This document shows positions 7,873 to 16,351 of a stretch of DNA of 32,000 nt, one piece after another. The notes beneath the pieces were generated by a model. The model made no database searches. It was not told the DNA's origin and saw nothing but the letters and a program-made list of their open reading frames with translations. Position 1 is the stretch's first letter, and every line of letters begins with the position of its first letter. Where the stretch lies: positions 2,490,001 through 2,522,000 of the forward strand of contig CAWJMG010000003.1 in assembly GCA_963843975.1 (NCBI GenBank). Direction: 5' to 3'. The translations under genes and the position numbers were made by a program. The DNA comes from an uncultured Actinomycetes bacterium (GTDB lineage: Bacteria; Actinomycetota; Actinomycetes; S36-B12; CAIYMF01).

Positions 7873-9051
7873 CTAGGCGGCCGGGCCGTGCCCCTCGAGG
7901 TGCGGCGTGAGCGTGAGGGGCTGGTCGAGCTCCTCCTCGGACGGGATCTCGGCCTCGACGTCCTCGGCCGTGATGGTGTTGGCCATCGCGTAGCCGATGA
8001 GGCCGGCGGCGATCAGCACCAGGAGCCCGGTCACGATCCAGGCGAAGGCGCCGGGCAGCTGCGTCGCCTTGAAGGCGAGGAACCCGACGACGATCGTCGA
8101 GGGCAGCGTGACGACCCACGCCATCACCATCTGCCCGATGACGCGCAGGTTGATGCCGACGCCCGAGGCGACACCCGCACCGGCGACCGATGACGCGGCG
8201 GCGTGCGTGGTCGAGATCGGCACGCCGAGGCCGGTGGCACCGAAGATCGCCGTGACGGCACCAGCGTTGGCCGCGACGCCCGAGGACGCATGCAGGGTCG
8301 TGATCTTGAGGCCCATCGTCTCGATGATCTTCCAGCCGCCCCAGATCGTGCCGAGGGCGATGGCGCCGTACGCCGCGAACTCCACCCAGGTCGGCACGGC
8401 GATGTTGCCGTCGGCACCCGCCGTGAGGTGACCGGTGCCGACGAGCAGGGCGGCGATGACACCCATGGTCTTCTGCGCGTCGTTGGCGCCGTGGCCGAAG
8501 GACACTGCCGCGGCGGACACGAGCTGCAGCCACTTGAAGGGCTTGGCGTTCTCGTGCGCGCCGGTGGCCTTGCGGATCGCGGCGATCAGGTACATCGCCA
8601 GGAACGCGATGAAGAAGGCGACGAGCGGGCTGACGACGATCGCGATCGCGGTCTTCTGCACGCTCGACCAGCTGATCGCGTCCGTGCCGCCGGCGGCGAG
8701 GCCCGCACCCACGAGACCGCCGATCAGGGCGTGGCTCGAGGATGACGGCATGCCGATCCACCACGTCGCGTAGTTCCAGGCGATGGCCGCGAACAGGGCG
8801 CCGAACACGACGGCGATGCCGGTGAAGTCGGGCTTCACCGTCTTGGCGACCGTGTTCGCGACGGCGGTGCCCACGATGAAGACCGCGGCGAAGTTGAAGA
8901 AGGCGGAGAACCAGACGGCCCACTTGGCCGGCAGCGCCCGCGTGGCGACGACCGTCGACACGGAGTTCGCGGCGTCGTGGAAGCCGTTGGTGAAGTCGAA
9001 CAGCAGCGCCAGGGCCACGACCGCGATGAGGGCGATCAGCGTGAGGTCCAC
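7873..9051 (-). CDS. pit: Inorganic phosphate transporter, PiT (PHO4) family
   Basis: ...LLFDFTNGFHDAANSVSTVVATRAL... and a second ...FGHGANDAQKTMGVI... signature, with about 10 TM segments. Start chosen at GTG 9051 (VDLTLIALIAVV) after GGTGGAG; the longer ORF to 9189 has a non-coding-looking N-terminus. Confidence 0.9.
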   Translation of the reverse strand: MDLTLIALIAVVALALLFDFTNGFHDAANSVSTVVATRALPAKWAVWFSAFFNFAAVFIVGTAVANTVAKTVKPDFTGIAVVFGALFAAIAWNYATWWIGMPSSSSHALIGGLVGAGLAAGGTDAISWSSVQKTAIAIVVSPLVAFFIAFLAMYLIAAIRKATGAHENAKPFKWLQLVSAAAVSFGHGANDAQKTMGVIAALLVGTGHLTAGADGNIAVPTWVEFAAYGAIALGTIWGGWKIIETMGLKITTLHASSGVAANAGAVTAIFGATGLGVPISTTHAAASSVAGAGVASGVGINLRVIGQMVMAWVVTLPSTIVVGFLAFKATQLPGAFAWIVTGLLVLIAAGLIGYAMANTITAEDVEAEIPSEEELDQPLTLTPHLEGHGPAA

Positions 9052-9135
9052 AGGATCTCCACCGTGCGAGGGCCCGCCCCCCTGGGCAGCCCGGACGGGC
9101 CCAATGTGGGGGCTCCCGGGCCGTGTGTCCACGGG

Positions 9136-9168
9136 GTGGAGTGAACAAACCACGAACGGGTGGTGAAC
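9136..9168 (-). promoter_or_regulatory. Three tandem 11-nt direct repeats resembling PhoP PHO boxes upstream of pit
   Basis: The minus strand reads GTTCACCACCC GTTCGTGGTTT GTTCACTCCAC, 85-117 nt upstream of the pit GTG. The 11-nt periodicity and GTTCA core match Streptomyces-type PHO boxes. Confidence 0.5.
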
Positions 9169-9287
9169 GGGGCCCGGGTGGGGCGACACGCCCGAGGAGC
9201 ACGCAGATAGGCGGTAAGGCCTGCCTCAGTCACGAACTGTTCTTCCGGCGTTCATCTGAGCACGTGAGGGCGGGCCGCCGAGACAGC

Positions 9288-9321
9288 GGTGGGGGCGGCC
9301 CCGGTCGGGACCGCCCCCACC
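9288..9321 (-). terminator. Stem-loop terminator after the NCS2 permease gene
   Basis: GGTGGGGGCGG-N12-CCGCCCCCACC: an 11-bp perfect GC stem, 24 nt beyond the stop at 9345. Confidence 0.55.
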
Positions 9322-9344
9322 GGGACGTGCGGCGCGGAGCCGGG

Positions 9345-10814
9345 TCAGGAGACGCCGAGCACCGTGCTGATCGGGTCGTAGGCGAAGTAGATGACGAACG
9401 CGGCCGTGACGACCCACATGAGCGGCTTGACCTCGCGGGCCTTGCCCGTGAAGACCTGGATGAGGGTCCACGAGACGAAGCCGGCGCCGATGCCGTTCGT
9501 GATCGAGTACGTGAACGGCATGATCGTGAGCGTCAGGAACGCCGGGATGCCGATCGAGTAGTCGGTGAAGTCGATGTGGCGGATCTGCGTCATCATCAGG
9601 AACCCGACGATCACGAGCGCGGGCGTGGCCGCCTCGTGCGGGATCACCGTGACGAGCGGCGAGAAGAACATCGCGATCAGGAACAGCACACCGGTGACGA
9701 GGGACGCGATACCCGTGCGGGCACCCTCACCGACTCCGGACGCCGACTCGATGTAGCTCGTGTTGCTCGAGACGCTCGCGGCGCCACCGGCGGCCGCGGC
9801 GATCGAGTCGACGAGCAGGATCGACTCCAGGTGCGGCACGTCGCCGTTCTCGTCGAGGATCTCGCCCTCGTTGGCGATGCCGAAGACCGTTCCCATGGTG
9901 TCGAAGAAGTCGCTCAGCATGAGGGAGAAGATCGCGAGGATCGCCGCGATCAGGCCGATCGCCTTGAAGCCGCCGAGCAGGTTGAACTGGCCGAGCAGGC
10001 CGAGGTCCGGCGTCGAGACGAGGGTGTCCGGCAGCTTCGGGACGTTGAGGCTCCAGCCGAGCTGGTTCGCGATCTTCCCGTCGGCGCCGACGCGCGGGCC
10101 GACGTGAGCGATGGCCTCGATGACGATCGCGAGGATCGTGGTCGCGACGATGCCGATGAGGATCGCGCCCTTGACCTTCTTGGCCACGAGCACCGCGAGC
10201 AGCAGCAGGCCGAAGACGAAGGTGAACGTCGGCCAGCCGCGCAGCGCGCCGTTGGTGCCGAAGGAGATGAGCGGCGTGCCCTGGCGGGTGATACCGGCGT
10301 CGACGAAGCCGATGATCGTGATGAACAGGCCGATGCCGACGCCGATGGCGTACTTCAGCTGCTCGGGCACGGCGTGGAAGACCGCGGTGCGGAAGCCCGT
10401 GAGCACCAGCAGCGCGATGATGATGCCCTCGATGACCACGAGACCCATCGCGTCGGCCCAGGTCATCTGCGGTGCGAGGGTGAACGCCACGAAGCCGTTG
10501 AGCCCGAGGCCCGCGGCGAGCGCGACCGGGAAGCGGCCGATGGCACCCATCGCGATGGTGAGCAGGCCGGCCATGAGCGCCGTCGCCGCCGTGACCATCG
10601 TGATGGCCTGGACGACGCTGCCGCCGCCGAGGAAGTTGTCGGTGCTGTCCTTCGCGGTGCCGATGATGAGCGGGTTCAGCACGACGATGTACGCCATCGT
10701 GAAGAACGTGACGAGACCACCGCGCACCTCGCGCGAGACGGTCGAGCCGCGCTCGGTCAGGTGGAACCAGCGGTCCCAGCCCGTCGTTGCGCGGTCAGGG
10801 GCTTCCACAGCCAT
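9345..10814 (-). CDS. NCS2-family nucleobase:cation symporter (adenine/guanine/hypoxanthine permease, AzgA/PbuG-like)
   Basis: 489 aa: MAVEAPDRATTGWDRWFHLTERGSTVSREVRGGLVTFFTMAYIVVLNPLIIG...SNTSYIESASGVGEGARTG... This is the typical AzgA-like N-terminus and signature, with about 13 TM segments. Confidence 0.9.
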   Translation of the reverse strand: MAVEAPDRATTGWDRWFHLTERGSTVSREVRGGLVTFFTMAYIVVLNPLIIGTAKDSTDNFLGGGSVVQAITMVTAATALMAGLLTIAMGAIGRFPVALAAGLGLNGFVAFTLAPQMTWADAMGLVVIEGIIIALLVLTGFRTAVFHAVPEQLKYAIGVGIGLFITIIGFVDAGITRQGTPLISFGTNGALRGWPTFTFVFGLLLLAVLVAKKVKGAILIGIVATTILAIVIEAIAHVGPRVGADGKIANQLGWSLNVPKLPDTLVSTPDLGLLGQFNLLGGFKAIGLIAAILAIFSLMLSDFFDTMGTVFGIANEGEILDENGDVPHLESILLVDSIAAAAGGAASVSSNTSYIESASGVGEGARTGIASLVTGVLFLIAMFFSPLVTVIPHEAATPALVIVGFLMMTQIRHIDFTDYSIGIPAFLTLTIMPFTYSITNGIGAGFVSWTLIQVFTGKAREVKPLMWVVTAAFVIYFAYDPISTVLGVS

Positions 10815-11001
10815 GGTGTGCCTTCCGGGAGGAATATGCCGCCGAGGGGTGGAGGGAAGTCGGCGACCAGCGGCTGAGGTTAACGGTCAGCGAACGGCCC
10901 GTCACGCTACTGGCGGGTTTTCCTCGGACGATCGCGAGAACCGCGAAACACGGTGGAAACAGAGTGGTTTCGGCTGGCGGTGGAAGTGCCCTGACATGCG
11001 A

Positions 11002-11036
11002 CGAGGCCCCTCGAAGTATGAGTTCGAGGGGCCTCG
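11002..11036. terminator. Strong orphan hairpin (14-bp perfect stem) with no adjacent CDS end
   Basis: CGAGGCCCCTCGAA-GTATGAG-TTCGAGGGGCCTCG. It lies about 190 nt upstream of the permease start (minus sense) and about 490 nt downstream of the hydrolase stop. Confidence 0.45.
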
Positions 11037-11453
11037 CACGCGGCCGCCGGCCGCTCCCGGGAGACCCGGTCACGAGCACGGCCTGCGGGTGCCGCCGCAG
11101 CCGCTGATCCCTGCCCGGGAGACCCGGGCGCTTCACGAGCGGATGGCCCGCCCGGCCGGTCCCGCTGGTCCGCTGCGGTGGCACCCGCAGCCAGGAGGGT
11201 TGCCCCTCCCGGATGGACCGACGTTCTCCGTCCGAGCCGCCCTTGCCGCCGGCGCCTGCTCCGGGTTGCCCCGGTGCCTGCCCCGTCCGCGAGGACGTGA
11301 GGAGATTGATACGCGCCCTGCGCCAACGGGCACAAGGGCTTTCGGCGACGAATCTTTGTGCACAGCTCCGCGCACAGGACCGTCCACAACCGCCCGTGCT
11401 CAGCCCCGAGGTTGTCCCCACCCCTGTGCACAAAACTCGTGGACAACCCCACG

Positions 11454-11516
11454 CGCTCGCACTGATCAATCCGTCGCTTCCCGACTCGGGAAACGACGGA
11501 TTGACCAGTGCGAGCG
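11454..11516. repeat. Long palindromic hairpin element, copy 1 (core ACTGATCAATCCGTCGCT...AGCGACGGATTGATCAGT family)
   Basis: CGCTCGCACTGATCAATCCGTCG-CTTCCCGACTCGGGAAA-CGACGGATTGACCAGTGCGAGCG: 23-nt arms with 1 mismatch, and the loop itself pairs (TTCCCG/CGGGAA). It sits 9 nt 3' of the hydrolase stop. A near-identical core recurs at 24276-24324. Confidence 0.8.
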
Positions 11517-11524
11517 AGGGGGTG

Positions 11525-12346
11525 CTAGGCCGTGAGGGCGCGGGGCTCGATGGGGGCGAGGAGGTCGGCGACGAGGTCGATCACCTCGGGGTCGGCGCCC
11601 ATGCTCATGTGGGTGGCCTGCACCTCGAGGTGCTGCGCCGACGGGTCGAGGCAGGCGCGCCAGTCGATGACGCCGTCGTTCATCGAGAACACCGACGTGT
11701 AGGCGACGTCGTCGGGGAAGTCGCCGTCGAGGACCGCCTTCACCTCGTGGGCGCACTCGCCGGTGAGGCAGTCCTCCGACAGCAGCCCGGGCACGCCGAT
11801 CGCGCGCAGCCGCGCGAGCAGTCCGATCTGCGCGGCCAGGGTCTCGCTCACGGCCAGCGGGTGCGTGTTCGGCGTACCGAGGGTCACGAGGGTCTCGACG
11901 AGGTCGGGCCGGCGTACGGCGACGAGCTTGCCGAGGGTGCCGCCACGGCTCCAGCCGACGATCGCGACGCGCTGCCCCGTGCGCTCGGCGACCGCCTCGA
12001 GCCTGCGCTCGAGGGCGTCGGCCATCTCGCGCGTGCAGCCGACGTTCGGGCCGATGCCGCTCTTGGACGTCCAGTGCCCGCGCAGTCGCAGCGCATCGGC
12101 CATGGGCGCGAGCGCGATGTCGGTGGCGGCGAACCCGGGCACGAGCAGGACGGGGACGCGGTCGGTGTCGACCTCGGTCTCGACCGGCTTGTGCTGCAGG
12201 ATCCGGCCGGCCACCGTGAAGACGGACAGGTTCTCGCGCACAGCGGTGAGCACCGGCGGCCGGAAGGTCGTCGGGTGCTTGATCAGGTCGCCGATCTCCT
12301 CGAGCGACCGCACCACCGGGTTGGACACGTTCTCAGTGTGCGACAC
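11525..12346 (-). CDS. Alpha/beta-fold hydrolase (lipase/esterase-like)
   Basis: ...VPVLLVPGFAATD...QRVAIVGWSRGGTLGKLVA (GxSxG-type nucleophile elbow GWSRG)...TLGTP... The ORF extends to 12877, but only the C-terminal roughly 270 aa look coding. The start is ambiguous: GTG at 12346 or 12328. Confidence 0.7.
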   Translation of the reverse strand: MSHTENVSNPVVRSLEEIGDLIKHPTTFRPPVLTAVRENLSVFTVAGRILQHKPVETEVDTDRVPVLLVPGFAATDIALAPMADALRLRGHWTSKSGIGPNVGCTREMADALERRLEAVAERTGQRVAIVGWSRGGTLGKLVAVRRPDLVETLVTLGTPNTHPLAVSETLAAQIGLLARLRAIGVPGLLSEDCLTGECAHEVKAVLDGDFPDDVAYTSVFSMNDGVIDWRACLDPSAQHLEVQATHMSMGADPEVIDLVADLLAPIEPRALTA

Positions 12347-12538
12347 GACGTCCCCGAGCGGAACGCCATTCCGCCGCCAACGGCCTCCGACGCTGCGGTG
12401 AAAGCCGCGTTTGTTGCGCTCTGAGCAACGAAGGCCCCCTTCATCGCAGCAGAGGAGGGTCAACGGGCGGCACAATCGCGCACGGGCAGCACAGAGCGCT
12501 ATCAGGCGGGTCACAGGTTGGGCCGCCACGGTCCTCCC

Positions 12539-13925
12539 ATGGCCGCACCCGCTGACCCCCGAGAGCACGGTTCCCCCGACCGTGCGTGGTCCGACGCCTC
12601 TCCCGGCGCTGATGCGGCCACGCTGGTCGCCCTCGCCCCCGACCCGACTCCCTCGCGGGACGGGGCGACGGCGACCACCGATCCCGGCCCGGCGCCGACC
12701 TCGGTCGGCGCCGGTACCGGAGACCGGCCCCACGTCGTCGTGGACGTCGTCGTCCCGGTGTACAACGAGGAGGCCGACCTCGGGCCGAGCGTGCGCCGCC
12801 TGCACGCCTACCTCGAGCCTCCACCTGCCTGTGACGTTCCGGATCACGATCGCCGACAACGCGAGCACGGACCGCACCTGGGAGATCGCCCAGGACCTCG
12901 CCTCGACGCTGCCGCACGTGGGCGCCGTCCGGCTCGAGGAGAAGGGCCGCGGCCGGGCCCTGCAGCAGGTGTGGTCGGCCAGCGACGCCGACGTCCTCGC
13001 CTACATGGACGTCGACCTCTCCACCGACCTGGCCGCGGTGCTCCCTCTCGTGGCGCCTCTGCTGTCGGGCCACAGCGACCTCGCGATCGGCACGCGTCTC
13101 GCCCGCGGCTCCCGGGTCGTCCGCGGCACCAAGCGCGAGGTGATCTCCCGCTGCTACAACCTGCTGCTGCGGCTCTCCCTCGCCACCCGCTTCTCGGACG
13201 CGCAGTGCGGCTTCAAGGCGATCCGCGCCGACCGGGCGAAGGAGCTGCTGCCGCTCGTCGAGGACACCGGCTGGTTCTTCGACACCGAGCTCCTCGTCCT
13301 CGCCGAGCGCTCCGGCCTGCGCATCCACGAGGTGCCCGTCGACTGGGTCGACGACCCGGACTCGCGCGTCGACATCGTCTCCACCGCCACGGCCGACATC
13401 CGCGGCATCGTCCGGCTCGCGCGCGGCATGGCGTCGGGCTCGATCCCGATCACGTCGCTGCCGTCGTACCAGGGCGCCGACGTGCCGCCGCGGCTCGGCC
13501 GCCAGCTCGTGCGCTTCGCCGCAGTCGGCGTCCTCTCGACGCTCGCCTACCTGCTGCTCTACCTCCTGCTGCGCGCCGGCCTCGGCGCCCAGTGGGCGAA
13601 CGCGACGGCCCTGCTGCTCACCGCGGTCGGCAACACCGCGCTCAACCGCCGCCTCACGTTCGGCGTCCGGGGTGCGACCGACCGGTTCCGCCACCAGCTC
13701 CAGGGCCTCGTCGTCTTCGCGATCGGCCTCGCCCTCACCTCGACGTCCCTGTGGGGGCTGCACACCGCCGCACCCGCGGCACCGCGCTGGCTCGAGGTCG
13801 GAGTGCTCGTGTCCGCCAACGTCGGCGCCACCCTCGTCCGCTTCCTGCTGTTCCGCTCGTGGGTCTTCCCGCGCCGCGAGACCCCTGCCCTGCCCGCACA
13901 GCCCGACCGGAGGACCACCTCATGA
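12539..13925 (+). pseudogene. GT2 glycosyltransferase (polyprenol-phosphate mannose/glucose synthase-like) with a C-terminal GtrA-like TM domain, interrupted by a +1 frameshift at about 12818
   Basis: Frame 2 reads ...VVDVVVPVYNEEADLGPSVRRLHAYLE. Frame 0 continues LHLPVTFRITIADNASTDRTWEIA...YMDVDLSTD...FSDAQCGFKA...WFFDTELL..., then a GtrA-like tail (LVRFAAVGVLSTLAYLLLY...NVGATLVRFLLFRSWVF). The N-terminal start is uncertain: ATG at 12539 or TTG at 12518. Confidence 0.75.
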
Positions 13926-16139
13926 GCACCGTCGACGACCCCACCTTCGTGCCGCCCCTGGACACGATCGACGAGATCGGCGAGGTCGACCCGGCCGGCA
14001 CCGAGCAGTCGACGGTCATGGACAGCGCCGCCGCGGCAGCGGCTGTGCCGCCGGCGATCGAGACCGGCCGCCTCGCCCGCCTCTGGCGCGGCAACGCGGA
14101 CGACCCGCGCTGGGTCCGCCCGGCTCTGCTCGCCTTGCTCGCGGGCACCGCACTGCTCTACCTGTGGGACCTCGGGTCCTCGGGCTGGGCCAACGCGTTC
14201 TACTCCGCCGCGGCCCAGGCCGGCAGCGAGAGCTGGAAGGCGTTCCTGTTCGGATCGTCGGACGCCGCCAACCTCATCACCGTCGACAAGCCGCCGGCCG
14301 CGCTCTGGCCGATGGCGATCTCGGTGAAGATCTTCGGCCTCAGCAGCTGGAGCCTGCTCGTGCCGCAGGCGCTCATGGGCGTCGCGAGCGTCGGCGTGCT
14401 CTACCTCGCCGTACGCCGGGTCGCCGGCGCGGCCGCCGGCCTGATCGCGGGCGCCGTGCTCGCGCTCACGCCCGTCGCCGTCCTCATGTTCCGCTTCAAC
14501 AACCCCGACGCGCTGCTCGTGCTGCTGCTCGTCGGCGCGGCGTACACCACCGTCCGCGCCACCGAGAAGGCCTCGATGACGTGGCTCGTGTGGACCGGCG
14601 TGCTCGTCGGCTTCGCGTTCCTCACCAAGAGCCTGCAGGCGTTCCTGCCCCTGCCCGCCTTCGCGCTCGTCTACCTGTACGCCGCCCCGACGACGCTCGG
14701 CCGCCGCATCCGCGACCTGCTCGTCGCCGGCGCCGCGATGATCGCGGCCGGCGGATGGTGGGTGGCGCTCGTCGAGCTCTGGCCCGCTGACAGCCGGCCC
14801 TACATCGGCGGCTCGCAGACCAACTCGGCCTGGGAGCTGATCATGGGCTACAACGGCCTGGGCCGGATCACCGGCGACGAGGTCGGCAGCGTCACCGGCG
14901 GCGGTGCCGCGATCGGCGCCAACGCCGGCGGCATGTGGGGCGAGACCGGCATCGGCCGCCTCTTCTCCAGCTCGTACGGCGGCCAGATCGCGTGGCTCAT
15001 CCCCGCGGCGATCGTGCTGGCCGCAGCTGTCCTGGTGCTCCGCGGCCGCGCTCCGCGCACCGACATGAAGCGCGCCTCGGTGATCCTCTGGACCGGCTGG
15101 CTGGCCATCACCGGCGCCGTCATCTCGTTCGCGGCCGGCATCATCCACGAGTACTACACGGTGGCCCTCGCACCGGCCATCGGCGCACTCGTGGGCATCG
15201 GCGTCGTCGAGCTCTGGAGGCACCGCGAGCATCTCGCGGCCCGCGCCACCCTCGCGGTGACGGTCACCGGCTCCGCCGTGTGGGCGAGCGTGCTGCTCGG
15301 CCGCTCGGCCGACTGGTACCCCGCGCTGCGCTGGATCGTGCTCGTCGCCGGCACCGTCGCCGGCCTCGCGATCCTGCTCGCCGACCGCATGAGCCGTCGC
15401 CTCGCCCTCGGCGCCGTGGGCGCCGGCCTCGCCGTGGCCCTGCTCGCGCCGACGGCGTACTCGCTGCAGACGGCGGCGCAGCCGCACACCGGCTCGCTGC
15501 CGACCGCCGGCCCGACCGTGTCCGGCGGCCGCGGCTTCGGCCCGGGCGGGCAGGGCGGTCCCGGCGGCCAGGGAGGTCCTGGCGGCCAGGGCTTCCCCGG
15601 CGGCCAGCTGCCGGGTGGCGGCCAGGGCTTCCCCGGCGGCGGGACGCTCCCGGGCGGCGGCACCCTCCCCGGCGGCGGCACGCTCCCGGGTGGCGGCACC
15701 TTCCCGGGTGGCGGCACGACGGGCGCGATGCCCGGCGGAGGGATGGGCGGCCTGCTCGACGCGGCCACGCCGAGCGCGGAGCCTCCAGGCCCTGCTCACC
15801 CAGGACGCCGACAGCTACACCTGGGTCGCCGCGGCGGTCGGCGCGCAGACCGCGGCCGGCTACCAGCTCGCCACCGGCTACCCGGTGATGTCCCTCGGCG
15901 GCTTCAACGGCAGCGACCCGTGGCCGACCCTCGAGGTCTTCCAGCAGTACGTCGCCTCCGGCCAGGTGCACTGGTTCATCGGCGGCGGGGGCGGCTTCGG
16001 CGGCCAGAACGGCGGAGCGTCCACCACCAGCGAGATCTCATCCTGGGTGGAGGAGAACTTCACCGCCCAGACCGTCGGCGGCGTGACGGTGTACGACCTG
16101 ACCGCCCCGGCGTCGGGAGCCACCAGCACCACCGCATGA
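13922..16139 (+). pseudogene. GT39/ArnT-like (PMT-family) integral-membrane glycosyltransferase, interrupted by a +1 frameshift at about 15782
   Basis: ATG at 13922 overlaps the GT2 stop (ATGA). ...WANAFYSAAAQAGSESWKAFLFGSSDAANLITVDKPPAALW..., with many TM segments. Frame 2 ends ...LLDAATPSAE. Frame 0 continues LQALLTQDADSYTWVAAAVGAQTAAGYQLATGYPVMSLGGFNGSDPWPTLEVFQQYVASGQVHWFI...WVEENFTAQTVGGVTVYDLT..*. Confidence 0.75.
15520..15760 (+). repeat. In-frame Gly/Pro-rich tandem repeat tract inside the GT39 gene
   Basis: Encodes GGRGFGPGGQGGPGGQGGPGGQGFPGGQLPGGGQGFPGGGTLPGGGTLPGGGTLPGGGTFPGGGTTGAMPGGGMGG. This includes four consecutive 18-bp units (GGC GGC ACS CTC CCS GGY). Confidence 0.8.
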
Positions 16140-16351
16140 CCGCGCGCTGAGCCCGCGCTTCGAGGGATCCGCGGGGCACGGGAGCGGGTGCTGTGCGACC
16201 ACGTCGCACCGCCCCGGGACCCCCGCGGCCCGCGGATCCTCGTCGTACGGCGCTCCGTTGCTCACTCCGGGTGACACCCGACTCACCCGGACGGCGCATT
16301 CATCGCGGAGCGGGCTGCTCCGATGCGTGACATGCGGGCATCATCGAACCC

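Noticed and set aside
10815-11001. Possible purine/guanine or ZTP riboswitch in the 5' leader of the NCS2 nucleobase permease.
   Set aside because: On the minus strand I could not find the conserved purine-riboswitch junction/loop sequences (…UAUAAUCG…GUUUCUACC…CCGUAAAU…). I also could not find the ZTP pfl motif (GGGUCGUGAC…CCGCCUGGGC). A cmscan would be needed to be sure.
11330-11460. Whether the DnaA-box-like cluster marks the chromosomal origin (oriC).
   Set aside because: There is no dnaA, dnaN, rpmH, parAB or AT-rich unwinding element nearby, and the boxes are all imperfect. It is reported only as a secondary cluster of unknown significance.
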